Below, one piece after another: positions 62,760 to 64,000 of a DNA stretch of 64,000 bases. The notes under the pieces are model-generated. The model ran no database searches, had not been told where the DNA came from, and saw nothing but the letters and a program-made list of their open reading frames with translations. The position numbers were made by a program, and so were the translations under genes. Origin of the DNA: a virus. The DNA lies in the IMG/VR virus record IMGVR_UViG_3300049847_000198, positions 1 to 64,000 of that record; one strand, 5' to 3'. The stretch's first letter is position 1; the number at the start of each line of letters is the position of its first letter.

Positions 62760-63999
62760 GTTGAGACGATTTCGGTGGCCGTTTTCATTTTCGCAACCTC
62801 ATCCGGATTCTCGTCACGCCACTGCTGCCAGCTTTCGTCTGTCAGCTTGTGCATGATCCAAGAAGGATGATCGGCAGTTGGCAAGAACTGTTCTTCCTCA
62901 TGGAAACATCGCTCGCACAGTTGCAGATGTGAAAGGTGATGTGGCGATGAATGAAACCGCAGATGCTTGGCACAGAAATACAATCCGCAGCCATGCTCGC
63001 CGCCATACGGTTCACTGCCGCAGACATAGCTGAGTCCACGATCAATCTCGGCCATGCAGCCGGGATGATCGCAGTACGCTGGTACGGCATATCCGATGTC
63101 GCGTAACCACTGACTGTCGTATCCGAGACCCCAAGACATCGTTTCATCCTTCCTTCACTTCATCGACAACAGCGATTGAAAAATATCCCATCCTGCCGTT
63201 CTTCTCAGCGTGAAATTCCATACGACCGACGTTCGGACTTCCTCCGACCAACTGCGCCGATATCGACTGGATGATCTTCATCGCTTCGTGTGACGAGACG
63301 AGCACCATGATGCCGCTGTCGCCGTGCTCCCATGCTTCGATCTTCATCGTTGACTCCAGATCGCAACAAAAAGAATCACTGCTGCCGCCAACGCCGCGAC
63401 ACGCAACCACTTGTTCTTCGGCTTCTCGGCTTCGTAAGCAACGAACGTCGCATCGACATTACCAACATCGCAGCCAAACAGAACCTGCCTCGGAACTCCA
63501 GACATCTTGTAACTCATGTCTGTGAACACGCGAAACTTCATGGCGTTGTAGTCGTCAGGCTTTGGCATCTGCGGTTCAAGCCACTTGAATTCCATCGGTT
63601 CGATTGGCGTGAACACAGATGGCAGCTTCGTCAAGAACTCATCCTCGCACTTGCGGCGCAGCTTCTCTTGCAGTGCAACCAGTTCTTCGAGGTTCACCTG
63701 CGTTGTGGTCGTTGACCAGTTGGTTTGCATTCTTATTCTCCTCCGACGTACTTATCGAATCGCTTCTTCGCTCGCTTGACGATCCCTTCAAGAACGGCGA
63801 TGTCATTCTTTGACAACAAATCTTCTTGTGCGGCAAACATGATCGGACACCAGAACCCGAAGTTTTGCTCAAGTTCCGTTGTCGCAACCAGAAGACCTCT
63901 CGCTTCATTAGCGTCCAGTGCTTTCAAAGAAAGCGAACCAACGCCTTTCGATAGACAAACTGACTTTCCACGACCAAACGCCGTCTTCGTGAGTCTCAT
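62756..63999 (-). other. run of small minus-strand hypothetical genes
   Basis: ORFs 62756-63139, ~63144-63347, 63344-63730, 63733-63999. Confidence 0.55.
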
Positions 64000-64000
64000 T

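Noticed and set aside
1-64000. Genome-wide TGA or TAG reassignment
   Set aside because: Many genes end in TGA with ATGA overlaps or in TAG at sensible ends, and long genes are intact in code 11; only local read-through is proposed.

Overview
This window is an internal ~64 kb piece of a large tailed dsDNA phage with an HK97-fold capsid and a probable long non-contractile tail. No host housekeeping operon, integrase or terminase is visible. The host is probably a Planctomycete: one ORF resembles a Planctomycete-type conserved protein, several small proteins carry signal peptides, and many RBSs read GAAAGG. Main contents: (i) an envelope-targeted module at 0.6-6.6 kb (small membrane protein, secreted PKD-like protein, papain-like C1 protease, Tat-exported thioredoxin-like protein, stop-interrupted HNH-type endonuclease); (ii) an AEP primase-polymerase; (iii) a TnpA-less TnpB behind a small KGG-type peptide; (iv) head genes on the minus strand (portal, split prohead protease/scaffold, MCP); (v) a Tad1-like anti-Thoeris sponge, nucleases, a TM-receiver protein, truncated RecA, T5orf172 and ParB-like genes; (vi) a ~1 kb gap with a composition switch, followed by a + strand run of small early-type genes (31-44 kb); (vii) neck and tail genes scattered over both strands; (viii) a PolA/TV-Pol-like polymerase, HU, MazG-like protein, beta-clamp, CsrA and a multi-HTH HNH. 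The strongest leads for new biology are: a CPT-UGA codon with a SECIS-like hairpin together with a Cys-like tRNA that has UCA in an 8-nt anticodon loop; a GLLI motif shared across the protease module; two paralogous attenuator-like leaders; a GGA-free GAAAGGC RBS in a CsrA-encoding phage; a dispersed TGTTCGTTWT operator; and two atypical tRNA-like RNAs. All family calls come from motif recognition by eye; no database searches were run.
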